A stretch of 48,220 nucleotides of DNA from Phoronis australis (lineage: Eukaryota > Animalia > Phoronida): positions 396,840-445,059 of the forward strand of contig NMRA01000299.1 of NCBI GenBank assembly GCA_002633005.1, given 5' to 3'. How positions within the stretch are numbered: the stretch's first letter is position 1; the number at the start of each line of letters is the position of its first letter. Made by a program: the position numbers and the translations under genes. The notes under the pieces are model-generated. The model saw nothing but the letters and a program-made list of their open reading frames with translations. It ran no database searches and was not told the DNA's origin. Below, piece by piece: positions 12,002 to 22,949 of the stretch.

Positions 12002-13050
12002 TGTATGAGGGGCTGTAATAAAGTAGGACTTTCATGATTTTCGTGAAAAATAAAACGAAATATTTTGGAAAGCTTAGTGGTTTTGATATCTCACTTCGAA
12101 TAAAATTTGATGTTATTGATACCGTTGTTTTGCTATCGGTATACCTTTCTTTTTTGCTAAATTTTACTTTAAAAACATAGTCACATGACCCAATTAATAG
12201 CATATACTAAAAAGTCAAAAATCAAATTTTACAGGCTTTCTAATTTCAGAAAATACATACTTTTAATGAATTAAAATTTATGTTTTTTTTGATATTTTTT
12301 TAATTGCAAAGACTATATAACCTTAACGAGATAAGAAGTAATTTTTGGTGCTTTTGGTTTTACAAAGAACGTCATTTCATTACTTCTCGAAACCACGCTC
12401 TGCAAATAAAATGACATGCCATAACAAGTTAACTTGTAGAACCTGATCTCATGCAATAATGAACTGCCAGTTCTTTCCAATCCTATTTTGGCTAAGGAAC
12501 ATGTTGATGATGATTATCACATGGATTTGAAACTTGGAAAATACACCGTTTGTGGAAATTTCATTCTTGGGCATGTTTTGCATTTCTTTTATTCACTCTA
12601 GCAAGTGGAGCCACTTGGTGGCAGCTTCCAAATGGAATTTCTTTGTAACTTGTTTCATAAATAGCTGGTTTGTTAACGATGTTGGTTTTGGGCCAAATTA
12701 GTTTTAGAAAAGTCAGCACAATTGTTGTAACCGTTGTCTACTTACATAATTATATACATGTCCAACGTTTCGATGAAACGCACTTGACCATTTTCAAAGA
12801 ATGGTCACAAGTAACATAAACAACTAAACCAAAACTCACTTGTAAAGCAGTCACATTCAGTGCTATCCCTGAAGGGAGAGCTCAAACGATCCCAGGTTGC
12901 CATTCAGCGAAGCCCTAGCATTTATGGTACACACTTTGTCAATCCGTTCTGGCTATAAGAGAATGTCGGTAGAGCCAATTTTAGCGAAGTTTTCATCATA
13001 TGCAGACTTATTCTATAGATAATCCGTGTAATCACCCTTGTCCACTCTAG

Positions 13051-13217
13051 CTGGCAGTGTTATGTACGAGCACGGCATGCGTCTGGCCTGTGAACTTCCT
13101 GGTCTGGCTGGACTACAGCGCCAAGCCAAGTGTTACTTGGTAGCCCTCAACACACTGAGGTTAGTCAGCCCTGACTATGCTTGGATCGTGCGACCAGTCC
13201 CCAAAACACTGCGACAG
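13051..13217 (+). CDS. NUP160: NUP160 coding exon E
   Basis: ctctag|...|gtaact; AGSVMYEHGMRLACELPGLAGLQRQAKCYLVALNTLRLVSPDYAWIVRPVPKTLRQ; phase 1/0. Confidence 0.96.
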
Positions 13218-13631
13218 GTAACTAGCTCAATATATTGTATAATTTGTAATCTATATCTATATTGGAGAGCCTTGTGGAATACAACAGAGGGTCAGGGAGT
13301 TGTAGGGCCAGGTTTATTGTTAGGTCCTACGATGTAATGTGAAATAGGAAAAGAAAAATAGTGAAGAACTCAATTTCTAATGTGCTTGTGAAAAAATTCC
13401 ACCATATTACGTTTCACTATGTATTCCTTTGGGAAAATATGAACTTCCAACCATCAATCTAACAGAAGTCAACTGTTTAGCCCATGCTGTTTTTAGCCAA
13501 GATATAAGAAAAGTTTTTCCTTCACATGCATTCACGTCACAGCCGCTAACTTCAGCTGGAGACAGCTAATATGAAAAAGGGAATGTCAGTTATCTTTGAG
13601 TTGGCTGTTTTAATCAGTTCAATCATTGCAG

Positions 13632-13698
13632 CTAGGTGATGCAGAGCTGAGTGGTGTGTCCCCCAAGAGGATGTTAGATGGAGAGGAGAAGATACTAG
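13632..13698 (+). CDS. NUP160: NUP160 coding exon F
   Basis: ttgcag|...|gtataa; LGDAELSGVSPKRMLDGEEKIL, resembling Nup160 GASPKRNHDGE; phase 0/1 bridges exons E and G in frame. Confidence 0.88.
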
Positions 13699-13863
13699 GT
13701 ATAATGACATGACAATGGAGATTGATTGTAACCTGTTTTTTCTAGCGTGGTCTCTGATAATCTATACCTATCTGATGGCTTGACGCTTGATCAATTCTAT
13801 TCTTTGAAAGCACATTGCTGTGCAGTAAAAGCTCACCAATGCTGGACAAAAAGAATCTCTTAA

Positions 13864-14919
13864 CCCTTAGCCTGCTAAGCCTCTATTCAGACAACTTTCC
13901 TTGTGCGTTGAGCTAAGTAGGTCACCACTGCTGCTGTGCACTGGGCTGTTATGAAGGTCACTCGGATTAATGACCTAACATTTTTAAATTGGAAATTTGA
14001 AGGGGTAATGTCAACTTCACATAAAAGTAGTCTGAACAAAAGTTGTTCAGAATTTAATGGAGATTTTCACCATGTACATATCTTTACCATAGCCTTTGTA
14101 TAAATAATTCTATAAACTTTCAAACTGGACACCTTTTGTTTTTTCCGTTTTTGCTCACGAGAACATTATAGCTGACACTCAGAAACCGTAATAAGCATTT
14201 TTAAAAGGGAATTCTTGAGACTTGCATGTTTAATAAAGGAGATTTATTGTCTGTAACATCACATCTACAAGAATTTACAATATATAACATACCTCAACTT
14301 TGCACGATTACAAATTTATGACTGGTGCAGTTGCTTTCTAAAGTCTGTTTTGAAGTTNTCCATCATGTTTCAGAGGCTCTGTATTATTCGTGAAGGGCGT
14401 GAGCCAAGCATCGTCGTAGGCCCGTCCAAGTTCAGCTTCAGGGACCGGTAACTCCTCCAAAATTGCACTGAGATCCGAATCGATAGAATCTGCATTACTT
14501 GTGACGGTTATATTAGTTTCCCCGTCACTGCCACCGTCACTTTCGAGTGCCAATTCCAGCTCATTTTCACTGTCTGAGTCCATGAACACTTCCTCAAGAA
14601 ACTGGTCAACACTCATCTTACCACGTTTGGCACCAGCCAAGATAAAACTTGTGTAAACTTTCAAATATCTCAGCAACAACTCACCACAGCCATATGTTGT
14701 AAATCAGAAAAATGTACAGGAAACTATGAACTGTGGAATGCGCATGCTCACATATATTAACAGCATACAATTTCTGAATGAAAAACACCAGTGTCCTGGG
14801 GTGAGTACGCTCTCGTTGCGCAGCCTAGCAGTAGCTTATTATAAGTGATTGAGTACACCTGATGCATTTTAATAGGATAATTGGCTTGTCGGCTGACCTC
14901 GCCTAGCGCAGGATAAGGG
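13864..14919 (-). mobile_element. piggyBac-superfamily element, internally deleted or gapped
   Basis: TTAA at 13860-13863 and 14920-14923; TIRs CCCTTAGCCTGC and GCAGGATAAGGG (1 mismatch); - strand acidic ORF MSVDQFLEEVFMDSDSENELELALESD... resembles piggyBac transposase N-termini and runs into the N at 14358. Confidence 0.85.
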
Positions 14920-15190
14920 TTAAACTGCTCTTTTTGTTTTTCAAGGGCCTCTAAAGTTAATGGTCACAATTTTTCAAAATATTGTCAGGTGGTAGCTATG
15001 GTACAAAATTACAAAATATAAATGCAGTTTAACATATCTGCATATTGTGTTCTAAATTTATGAGATTTTACCGGCTGTATTAACCATAATATCAATAATG
15101 TTCTTTCTATCTTGAAATTTGTCGAGTGCAATGTTATGCATGCAGCGTGTTCATTACGGTTTACATGGTTCACCATATGTCTTGTTCCAG

Positions 15191-15301
15191 AGTCCCAGAA
15201 GTTGGATGTGATAGAACTAAAGGATATTGAGAAAGAATATATGTTGGTGCACGCCCGGCTCAAGCTACTGCAGAAGGATCCTGATATGGCTTTGGCCATG
15301 G
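15191..15301 (+). CDS. NUP160: NUP160 coding exon G
   Basis: ttccag|...|gtaggt; ESQKLDVIELKDIEKEYMLVHARLKLLQKDPDMALAM; phase 1/1. Confidence 0.93.
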
Positions 15302-16298
15302 GTAGGTCCGCATGGGAGGATGGTTGGTTGTGAAAGTAAAAAAGTTGAATTATACGTCACTAGTTGAACTTCTGTTGCTGTATGTGTGTAAACCCCTATC
15401 ATGCTGCTCTCATCCAGTGTTAGACTTGAAATTCAAAGCTACTGGTTATTACATTTAGAGTGACTCATGCAGTGTCATCATATTTGGTTCATGTTTTGGG
15501 GCGGAACCCTTTGTTTTGTTTTTTGATAAGGCTGGTTTTTATTGCGAAGTACATGTGATAAAAGTATGGTGGATTCGCGATCGCTAACTTTATGTATTCA
15601 AGTTTGAAGTTTGCAATTTCGGCTTAACCTAATACATTTGTGTGGGTCTTAAAGAGATCTCAGCTTCTCTGTTTTAACCCTAAATTGTATTAGGGCTGTT
15701 CCAACAAAATTTGTATTGGAGGGGGGATGGCAGTTGGAATAAAAATTAATTGGTCCTTTTTGAATGAAGTAAGTGTTGTTGTGTTTGTTGTCCCATGAAT
15801 GTTGGCAGATGTGTATTTACAGCCAAGTACCAATCTTAATACCCTCTGAATAAACTTCAAAACTCTACAAAAATTCACTTGGCATATATCCAACAATATC
15901 CAAGAGCAACAAGACAAGCTAGTGTACAGTGTACAGTATGTACGCTATGCCATTACTCAATTCACGGGCAACTCGATTGCAGTCTATGTTCTGCAGCCAA
16001 AGTAGATTGAAAATTACTGCAACACTTAATTGGTGTTTACACATCCAAGAAAATCTGATGAATTTTCTAACAGAAAAGTATAAGTCAGATAGACTAGTTC
16101 CAATATTCTTTTGGCGTAACAGCCAAAAAGCATTCATGGAGACTCTGAGACTCGTAGATTGATGAAATTGAAAAAATATTGACATTACAGAGACACTTGG
16201 TGTACAAAGACACTTGGTGGCTGCCTATAGTGTTGCTTACGTGTGTCTTTGTACAGCAAGTTTCTGGTAAAAGACAGGAGTTGGGATCTCACGTGGAA

Positions 16299-18465
16299 TT
16301 TTTCTGCACCTACTAAAACTTTAAATATGTGGTCGCATATAGTCAGCATCCCGTGCGTACGTTGGTCTGTCTGTCTGTCGTTATCATTTCTTGTCTATCA
16401 AATATCTCAAGAACCGCTTCGCAGTTCATGATACCGTATTCGCCCTAATAACGCCCGGGGCGCTTAGAAAAATTCACTTCAGGAAGGGGGGTTGCTTATT
16501 ATAACCCAAAAGTGGTTGAAACCCGGTATCCGAAACGGATGAAATCGTAAGCTAGAATTCATCAAATTTACGCTCTGTGACGCATCTGTAACCAATGACA
16601 GAGTTTCTACAAAATTGCTGTGCATTGCTATCAAAGTTAATTGTTAAATTACTAGCACTTTTCAGAAAATCCCAGTACAAAAACTTGACGACTGATGCGT
16701 TGCTGCCTCGCGATGACCGACAGGTCAACTTGATTTCTTGAGCAAAAATATAGTTTTGACTCAACAATTACCTGAGGTCCTCCTTAAGTTTTCAAAATAG
16801 CGTCCCTAAGATTTTTAAGTTCTTGTGGAGTCGGGATTAACTGCATATGAAGTCGAAATCTGCGCTAGATTGTACTCCGCAACACGAGAAAAGTCTCTGG
16901 ACAAATACACGTTGTCCCGTGATGTCCCGTGATGTTTGTTTTGAAGTTTGTCTGCGTATTGTGTGAGTGAGCGAGCACGTGCGTGTCATCAGAGTTTATT
17001 TGCCAGAGTTATCGCAATGTAGTGATCTAGGTGTGCATTGTAACTAAGGAAAGTAACACAAGTATTAAAACAGAACATGTTTTATTTTATTAGCACTTGT
17101 TAATCTCATCTGATGAAAAAACATTCGAGAATTGTCTCGATAAGGCCGATGTCATTGAGTCGCCGGGTGACTGGATGCCTGACAGTCTAACAGTTATTTG
17201 TCAGGGGATTCGGGGGGGTGTAAAGGTGCAGAAGTCTTCACTATCAGTGGGTCATTTTGACTTTAAAAACAGCCATTATGACTAATTTAATAATACCCTC
17301 AAAATAATGCAAATGTTTTGTACGGTATTAGAAACTTTCGGAAAGAAGTGCCAGTATTTATTTCTTGCCGATGCTATGCTACCTGTTTCATGAATAGATA
17401 GTTCCTGAAGACTAATCTTCGATGACAGGTACTTGAATGTAGCACGCGCTTCCTGGCCACGTTCTTTTAACTGAACAAAGGTCAAGTTTTTATTAGTTTT
17501 TGATTCGTGGTTTTCACGTGTACATGAAAATTTGGATTCCTGTTGAGGGAGAAGATCTGTACGGGGAAGATACAATACAATCCCTTTGACAAGTACCCTG
17601 TATCTGTTCTGAAAGACCAGACCATAATAAGACACGTCGCTCACAAGATCAGCAAAACTTGAGTTCTTTTTTAAGCATGGTGGAAGTTTGAAGTTTATAG
17701 TCACAGCTAAATACCAACATAGCGGCGAGGCTCGTGGTCTACAAATTCCGCGCTCTATGATTTTTTCAGGACTGTCGGATCTTATTGATAAATTGAAGAT
17801 GTTACTGTAGAATTTTAGAACTGTAGGTGAGGCATTTTTCGCATGTACACGGCGTTCATGGACTGGGCGCATATTTTGCAAAGTCTGAAAACGCGTGGAT
17901 GAAGGGTACTTATAGGGGCATGGGCACTTGTTAGGGCAAATACGGTAGAGGTACGTGGCGGGGATTCGCCAGCACCACTTGATTGTCGGACGGATTTGGC
18001 TACCATGGTAACCCACGTTGGCTGTTTTAGATTTTGACAAGTCATTCTTTGTGCGTTGATTATCTCAAAAACTGCTTGACGGACCATGATGAAATTGGAT
18101 TCAGAGATATGCAAGAATGCACCGGCACCAGTCGATTTTTATATGGATTCAACTACTGTTGCTTACACCTGTGGATTTGTCTTATATTGAAACCGCTTAA
18201 CATGATGACAGAGACAGATGGTAGGGATGCGCCGGCACCAGTTGATTTTTGGACAGATTTGGTTACCGTAGCACCCCCTGTTGGCCAATTTACTTTTTGA
18301 CAAGATAAGTTGATTATCTCAAAAACCGCTAAGCACAACTGGATGAAATTTGGCACAAAGATATATGGGGAGGATGGATGCGCCGACAGCAGTCAATTTT
18401 CGTTTTGATTCGACCACTATGGCCACTTTAGTTTTTGGCATCTTTCGACAAGACAGCTAGTTCAT
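16299..18465 (+). mobile_element. HINE-like element family 2, interrupted by the MITE at 16434-17945
   Basis: TTTTTCTGCACC start, GTCTGTCTGTCTGTC microsatellite, ~120-150-bp units with GATGAAATT.G and GCACCAGTCGATTT; homologous to 30804-31315. Confidence 0.6.
16434..17945. mobile_element. pogo/Tigger-like MITE family B, copy 1 (both ends present)
   Basis: TA|CCGTATTCGCCCTAATAA ... TTGTTAGGGCAAATACGG|TA; TA TSD. Confidence 0.85.
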
Positions 18466-19293
18466 ATTCATCGATCATTTAAGTACTTAACAGATCATGT
18501 TGTGTGTCCAGAGGCAATTTAAAATTAGTGTTGCTCCCTCTTATAGGAATTTTGAAATAATGAGCACCTCTAGCATCTGCCATTTGCAATGCACACAAAG
18601 GGCATATACCAACATTCTTGTTCATTAATCGCTATTCACTAGAAAGCATGTGTGAATTTTTATTCCTAGCCTGGGAGGGAGCATAATTTAAACATATTGT
18701 GGGTGGTTGCATTTATATTTCAACCTAATTAAAATTATGGATGGTGGGTTTGAGAAATGAAAGTGCCTCACCCCCCTGCCATAGATTTTTTACTGGAACA
18801 GCCCTTAGCTGTCATGAGGAGCTGTAATGTGTTGTGTTGTGTTGTGTTGTTAGATCCCTTTTGTTGTTTACTCTAGATGCTAATCGACTCTTTTTTGTAT
18901 TTCTCATTATGAATGTCATTGAGTTAGAATTGTTGCTTACTAAACTGTACATTTGCTTTTTCTTCATTCTCTCAAAAATGCTTGTGGAAAATGAACGTGA
19001 TTAGTCAGCTATTGTGTAATTAACAAATTATCTTTACACTTTTATTGTTGTTCAGATGTTTTTTGTTACTTGTTTAGTTACAATTTATTTGCCAAAATGT
19101 ATCTGAAATAGATGCATTGAATGGTATAATTTTGTTGTTATGATTTTTCCATTTTTATTTGCAAAAAACTACTGCTAAGAGTAGTTTCTCTGTAAGTATG
19201 TATCCCCTGACTGATTATTCACAATCAATGATACTGACACAAGTTTGTTCATGCTGCCCTTTCCATGATTAAATATGTTTTTTTCTTTGTTAG

Positions 19294-19420
19294 CTCCCAT
19301 GCTGAGTGAGTCGGAGACGGTGGGTTTGCTGGTCAATTCAGGCTTGTATGACCATGCAGTTACAGTGTGCGAGACATTCAACATGCCTCTCACTCGGGTC
19401 ATCGATGGTCTCACACTCAG
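19294..19420 (+). CDS. NUP160: NUP160 coding exon H
   Basis: tgttag|...|gtatag; APMLSESETVGLLVNSGLYDHAVTVCETFNMPLTRVIDGLTL, resembling LLVQAGLFDTAISLCQTFKLPLTPVFEGL; phase 1/2. Confidence 0.93.
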
Positions 19421-19705
19421 GTATAGAGTGACACAGCAACCTCTCCAGTAGCAGTTTTTTGCTCGAGTTTTAGCCGTAATACGCTAAAATTTCACCAATT
19501 TCATAGATTAAGACTCGCCCAAATTGCCGTTTTTCTTTTCGTAAGCTAACATTGTGAAAGTCCATAATTTTTTCAAACATTGTCTTGAGGTAGCTGTTTT
19601 ACAGAGCTTGAAAGTGGCAAAGTATTACCATTGGTCAAGTGCTGCTTGTCGTTGATGAAAAAATGAGAAAATGAACTGATCAATCTTGATTGATTCAATT
19701 GGACT

Positions 19706-19858
19706 ATATACACAATGCATGTAAATGTACAAGATATACACACAATGCATATAAATGTACAAGATATACACACAATGCATATAAATGTACAAGATATACA
19801 CACAATGCATATAAATGTACAAGATATACACACATTGCATATAAATGTACTAGATATA
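19706..19858. repeat. Minisatellite, 30-bp unit, about 5 copies
   Basis: CACAATGCATATAAATGTACAAGATATACA repeated in tandem; it explains the repetitive ORFs 19573-19833 and 19625-19840. Confidence 0.95.
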
Positions 19859-20617
19859 ACAAATAACTAAGACAGATAAAATTTTAATATATGAACAAGA
19901 GAAAAATGAAATGTGTCCGAGGATAACACCAGAGAGTGAGGCACTTTGAAAGATTTGTTCTGACAAAAGTTCATGCAAGAAATATGCTAACCCTTTTGGT
20001 CTTACTTTATAGAGCTTTTTCGAATCTAGAATAAACCTCATGGTGGCTTTTTCTTGGTGTGGGCTGTTTCGGAAATTCCCAGTAAGGGAGCAAGGAAATC
20101 GAGACTTGGGGGAATATCATATCAAGTAATGTGAGACCCTACTAAGCTTGACCCAAGCATGGTCAAAGCTAAGCACCGAGTTTATGAACCTTTGCAAAAT
20201 CTTTTTTGGAAGAGATTTTTGTGTTTTGAGAACTCCATGACATGCTGTGTTTACATTTTGTCGACAATTTGTAGTGTCTGGTCTCTAAGTTCAAGTTTGC
20301 ATCTGAGCCTCAAGCTGACCTGGTAATTTGACTCTGCATTCAACTGGTGCTGACCAGCTGAATTGCATGCTGTCTTTTACTCTGTGTCTCACTGGCACAT
20401 GTCACGCTGTGTCTACACTTAAGTTTCTTTGTACTAATCAACTATTTTTGTAGTCACAAATTTTTCCTTTTAAATGCCTATGCTTGGTTCAGTGCCCACT
20501 GACTGATTTTTTAGTTTATCAATTTTAATGCCATGATATTACCCTGAGTGAGTTTGGTAAGTTGAAAATGAATATTTTAGCCTGTACCCCTCAAACTGTC
20601 TCTTGCTGTTGTTGCAG

Positions 20618-20740
20618 CTGTGTGCAGTTGGCACAGGGCAGTAGTTACCACATGAAGGGAGACAACGACTGTACTGCAGCGGCTTGGGACTGGTTGGTTG
20701 AGAATGAGATAGGCTCACGACACTTGAACAAAGATCTGAG
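20618..20740 (+). CDS. NUP160: NUP160 coding exon I
   Basis: ttgcag|...|gtaaga; CVQLAQGSSYHMKGDNDCTAAAWDWLVENEIGSRHLNKDL, resembling CIKLQ...AWAWLAAN; phase 2/2. Confidence 0.92.
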
Positions 20741-20899
20741 GTAAGAGGTTGATGAAAAAGTCCAAATAGCTAAAGGGGAGACTTGTGGTGACTTCTTATG
20801 GAAAATCTGTAACCTATGGGAAATAGCACCACCTGTTGGCATTGATGGTAGATTCACAAAACTCATTGAGTCAATATGCATTTTCATCGAGAATTAGTA

Positions 20900-21069
20900 A
20901 ACTGTGTAACTTTATCAACGATAGCACTTTTTTCCAGTCTTCCCAAACCAATGAAAACTTTGAAATAAAACATTCTGATTGTACCACCAACAATATTATT
21001 TACCTAACTTGTAAAAAATGTTCTATCCAATACGTAGGACAAACTCAACATAATCTACAAACTCGGTTT
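20900..21069 (+). mobile_element. Penelope-like retroelement fragment (GIY-YIG endonuclease region)
   Basis: Translates to CNFIN...DCTTNNIIYLTCKKCSIQYVGQTQHNLQTRF, the N-x-I-Y...C-x2-C...YVGQT...R signature of Penelope GIY-YIG domains. Confidence 0.75.
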
Positions 21070-22615
21070 CCTAGTGGCAATTTTAATTTTTTTACGCTTA
21101 CCTCTGTATCTTCAAAAGTCCTTAACGGATTTTAATGAAATTTTTTATGTAAGCACCTATTAGTGAGATGACAGGATCCTCCCGTTTTCGGGTGGGTTCA
21201 ACGTAGTTTGCACCACCTAGTGGCTGTTTTTACTGTTTTTGAGGGATTTTTGCATCCACCCTTCTATCAGTGAAACCGCTCAGAGGGTGATTGTGAAAAT
21301 TGGCATGTATATTCCTATTATGAACTTGACGTTTGACGATGGCTTTCCGACGATTTCGACTACTGTGGCGCCTCCTAGTGGCAGTTTTTTTTTTGCGCCT
21401 GTGTCTCCTAAACCGTTCGTAGGATCTTTACAAAATTAAGTAAGTATATTTATATGATGTTAACTACGGAGGACCACGACTTTCGGACGGATCTGACTAC
21501 TGGTGTGTCACCCAGTGGAAATTTTATTTTTACTTTTACCTCTGTATCTTCAAAGGTCCTCAACGTATTTTTATAAAATTTGGCATACAGGCATCTGTTA
21601 AGGTGATGCTATCGCTCTGTTTTCAGATGAGTTCGACCTAGTTTGCGCCACCTAGTGGCCATTTTTACTGTTTTTTGGTGTCCACTCATCTATCAACCAA
21701 ACCGTTTTCAGGATAATTGTGAAAATTGGCATGTATGTTTTTACTATGAAGTGGACGACTGACGATTTTTTGACGACTTTGCCTACTGGGACGCCTTCTA
21801 GTGGCAGTATATACAAGGTTAACAAAGTTGTGCAGTTAGCACCGTGGGAAGGAGATTATTTTTTATTTAAAAAATCGCAGATTCTGCACTCAGTCCATGT
21901 GCTAGCATGCTGCATAGCTACATAAAAGTCTTTAAATGTAGGCACGATCTCGCCTCCTCTGATTATGAATTACACAAATTAGAGCCATAGGCTCTGAAAT
22001 ATGGACCATACCGAGTAGTTCTGCTCTGAAGGATGTTTGTCCTATTGGATGTTCTCAAATTATATGGGGTCCTGCGAATTGTGAAAAGGTCCCACAGAAA
22101 TGGGGGTAACAAGTGGTTCAAAATTTTGAAAGCCTCTTTTAGAATAATTCTCTGTCTACTAAGATACTAAAATGTGTTGTATGTAGTCCAAAATTCCAAA
22201 ACTTATCTTAGATTTAGTCCAAAATGTAATGTTGGGTCAAGGAGGCCTGACATTCCTCTAGTGCAACTTCCACCCTAACTGGTTTTTAAATCTTATTTGG
22301 TGCCGTCTACCTCTCTATCAACCAAATCATTCTATGGGTGGTTTTGAAAATTGGCATATAATTATGTGCTTAGTATGAAGAAGACAGTTGATGATAACGA
22401 CTTTGTCTACTCTGGCGCCACCTAGTGGTAGTTTTGTTTTGTTTTGAGCGTATGGCTGTATCTCTTAAACCTGCACCAAGAACTTTTATTATTAAATTTT
22501 GTAAGTATATTTATATGAAACTATCAACAGACAATGGCGACTTTCAGGCGGATCCAAGGAACACTGTGCCCCCCTAGTGGCAATTTCATTTTATTCTGTT
22601 TTCCTTTGTTTCTCT
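21070..22615 (+). mobile_element. HINE family 1 core-repeat fragments (21070-21806 and ~22300-22615) split by an unrelated insert
   Basis: Same unit sequences and order as 10900-11830 (TTACCTCTGTATCTTCAAA, GCGCCACCTAGTGGCC, GTGAAAATTGGCA). Confidence 0.8.
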
Positions 22616-22907
22616 TGTAACAGAGTAAGTCTCCACTGAACCTCAGAATATGTATTTTCTCTCATCAGGCATTCGTTTCAGTTCAATTTGCACATGATAA
22701 CGATCAACTTTCCATGAAAGCAAAAGAAGGAAACACCCTTCTCCTAAGCCTGTCGCTAGCGAAGTGCCCGACACATACAGTCGCGCCCACATGCCCACGT
22801 AACAAAGGCGCACTGAGACGCAACAAAGACATTAGCATAAGAATAACTGAACATTTGCAACTAAATAAGAATAACAATAAGCGTAAAGTTACGAACGTCC
22901 CGTCACA
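22616..22907. mobile_element. Possible LTR (solo or gap-truncated) of an LTR retrotransposon
   Basis: Starts TGTAAC exactly where HINE homology stops and ends GTCACA just before the N at 22909; the TSD cannot be checked because of the N. Confidence 0.35.
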
Positions 22908-22949
22908 TNTTAACTTGCAACACATTCTCACAAGTGATTTTCCAAATTA

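Larger units (their letters stand above)
15693..18804. mobile_element. PIF/Harbinger-like non-autonomous element, copy 1 (composite, contains nested elements)
   Basis: TTA|GGGCTGTTCCA ... TGGAACAGCCC|TTA; 3-bp TWA TSD; internal similarity to 30194-31505. Confidence 0.8.

Noticed and set aside
17282-18040. 252-aa ORF on the - strand
   Set aside because: Crosses a MITE/HINE junction and shows no recognisable domain; most likely a chance open frame.
19573-19840. Cys/Ile/Tyr-rich repetitive ORFs
   Set aside because: Translations of a 30-bp minisatellite in an intron, with no splice or homology support.
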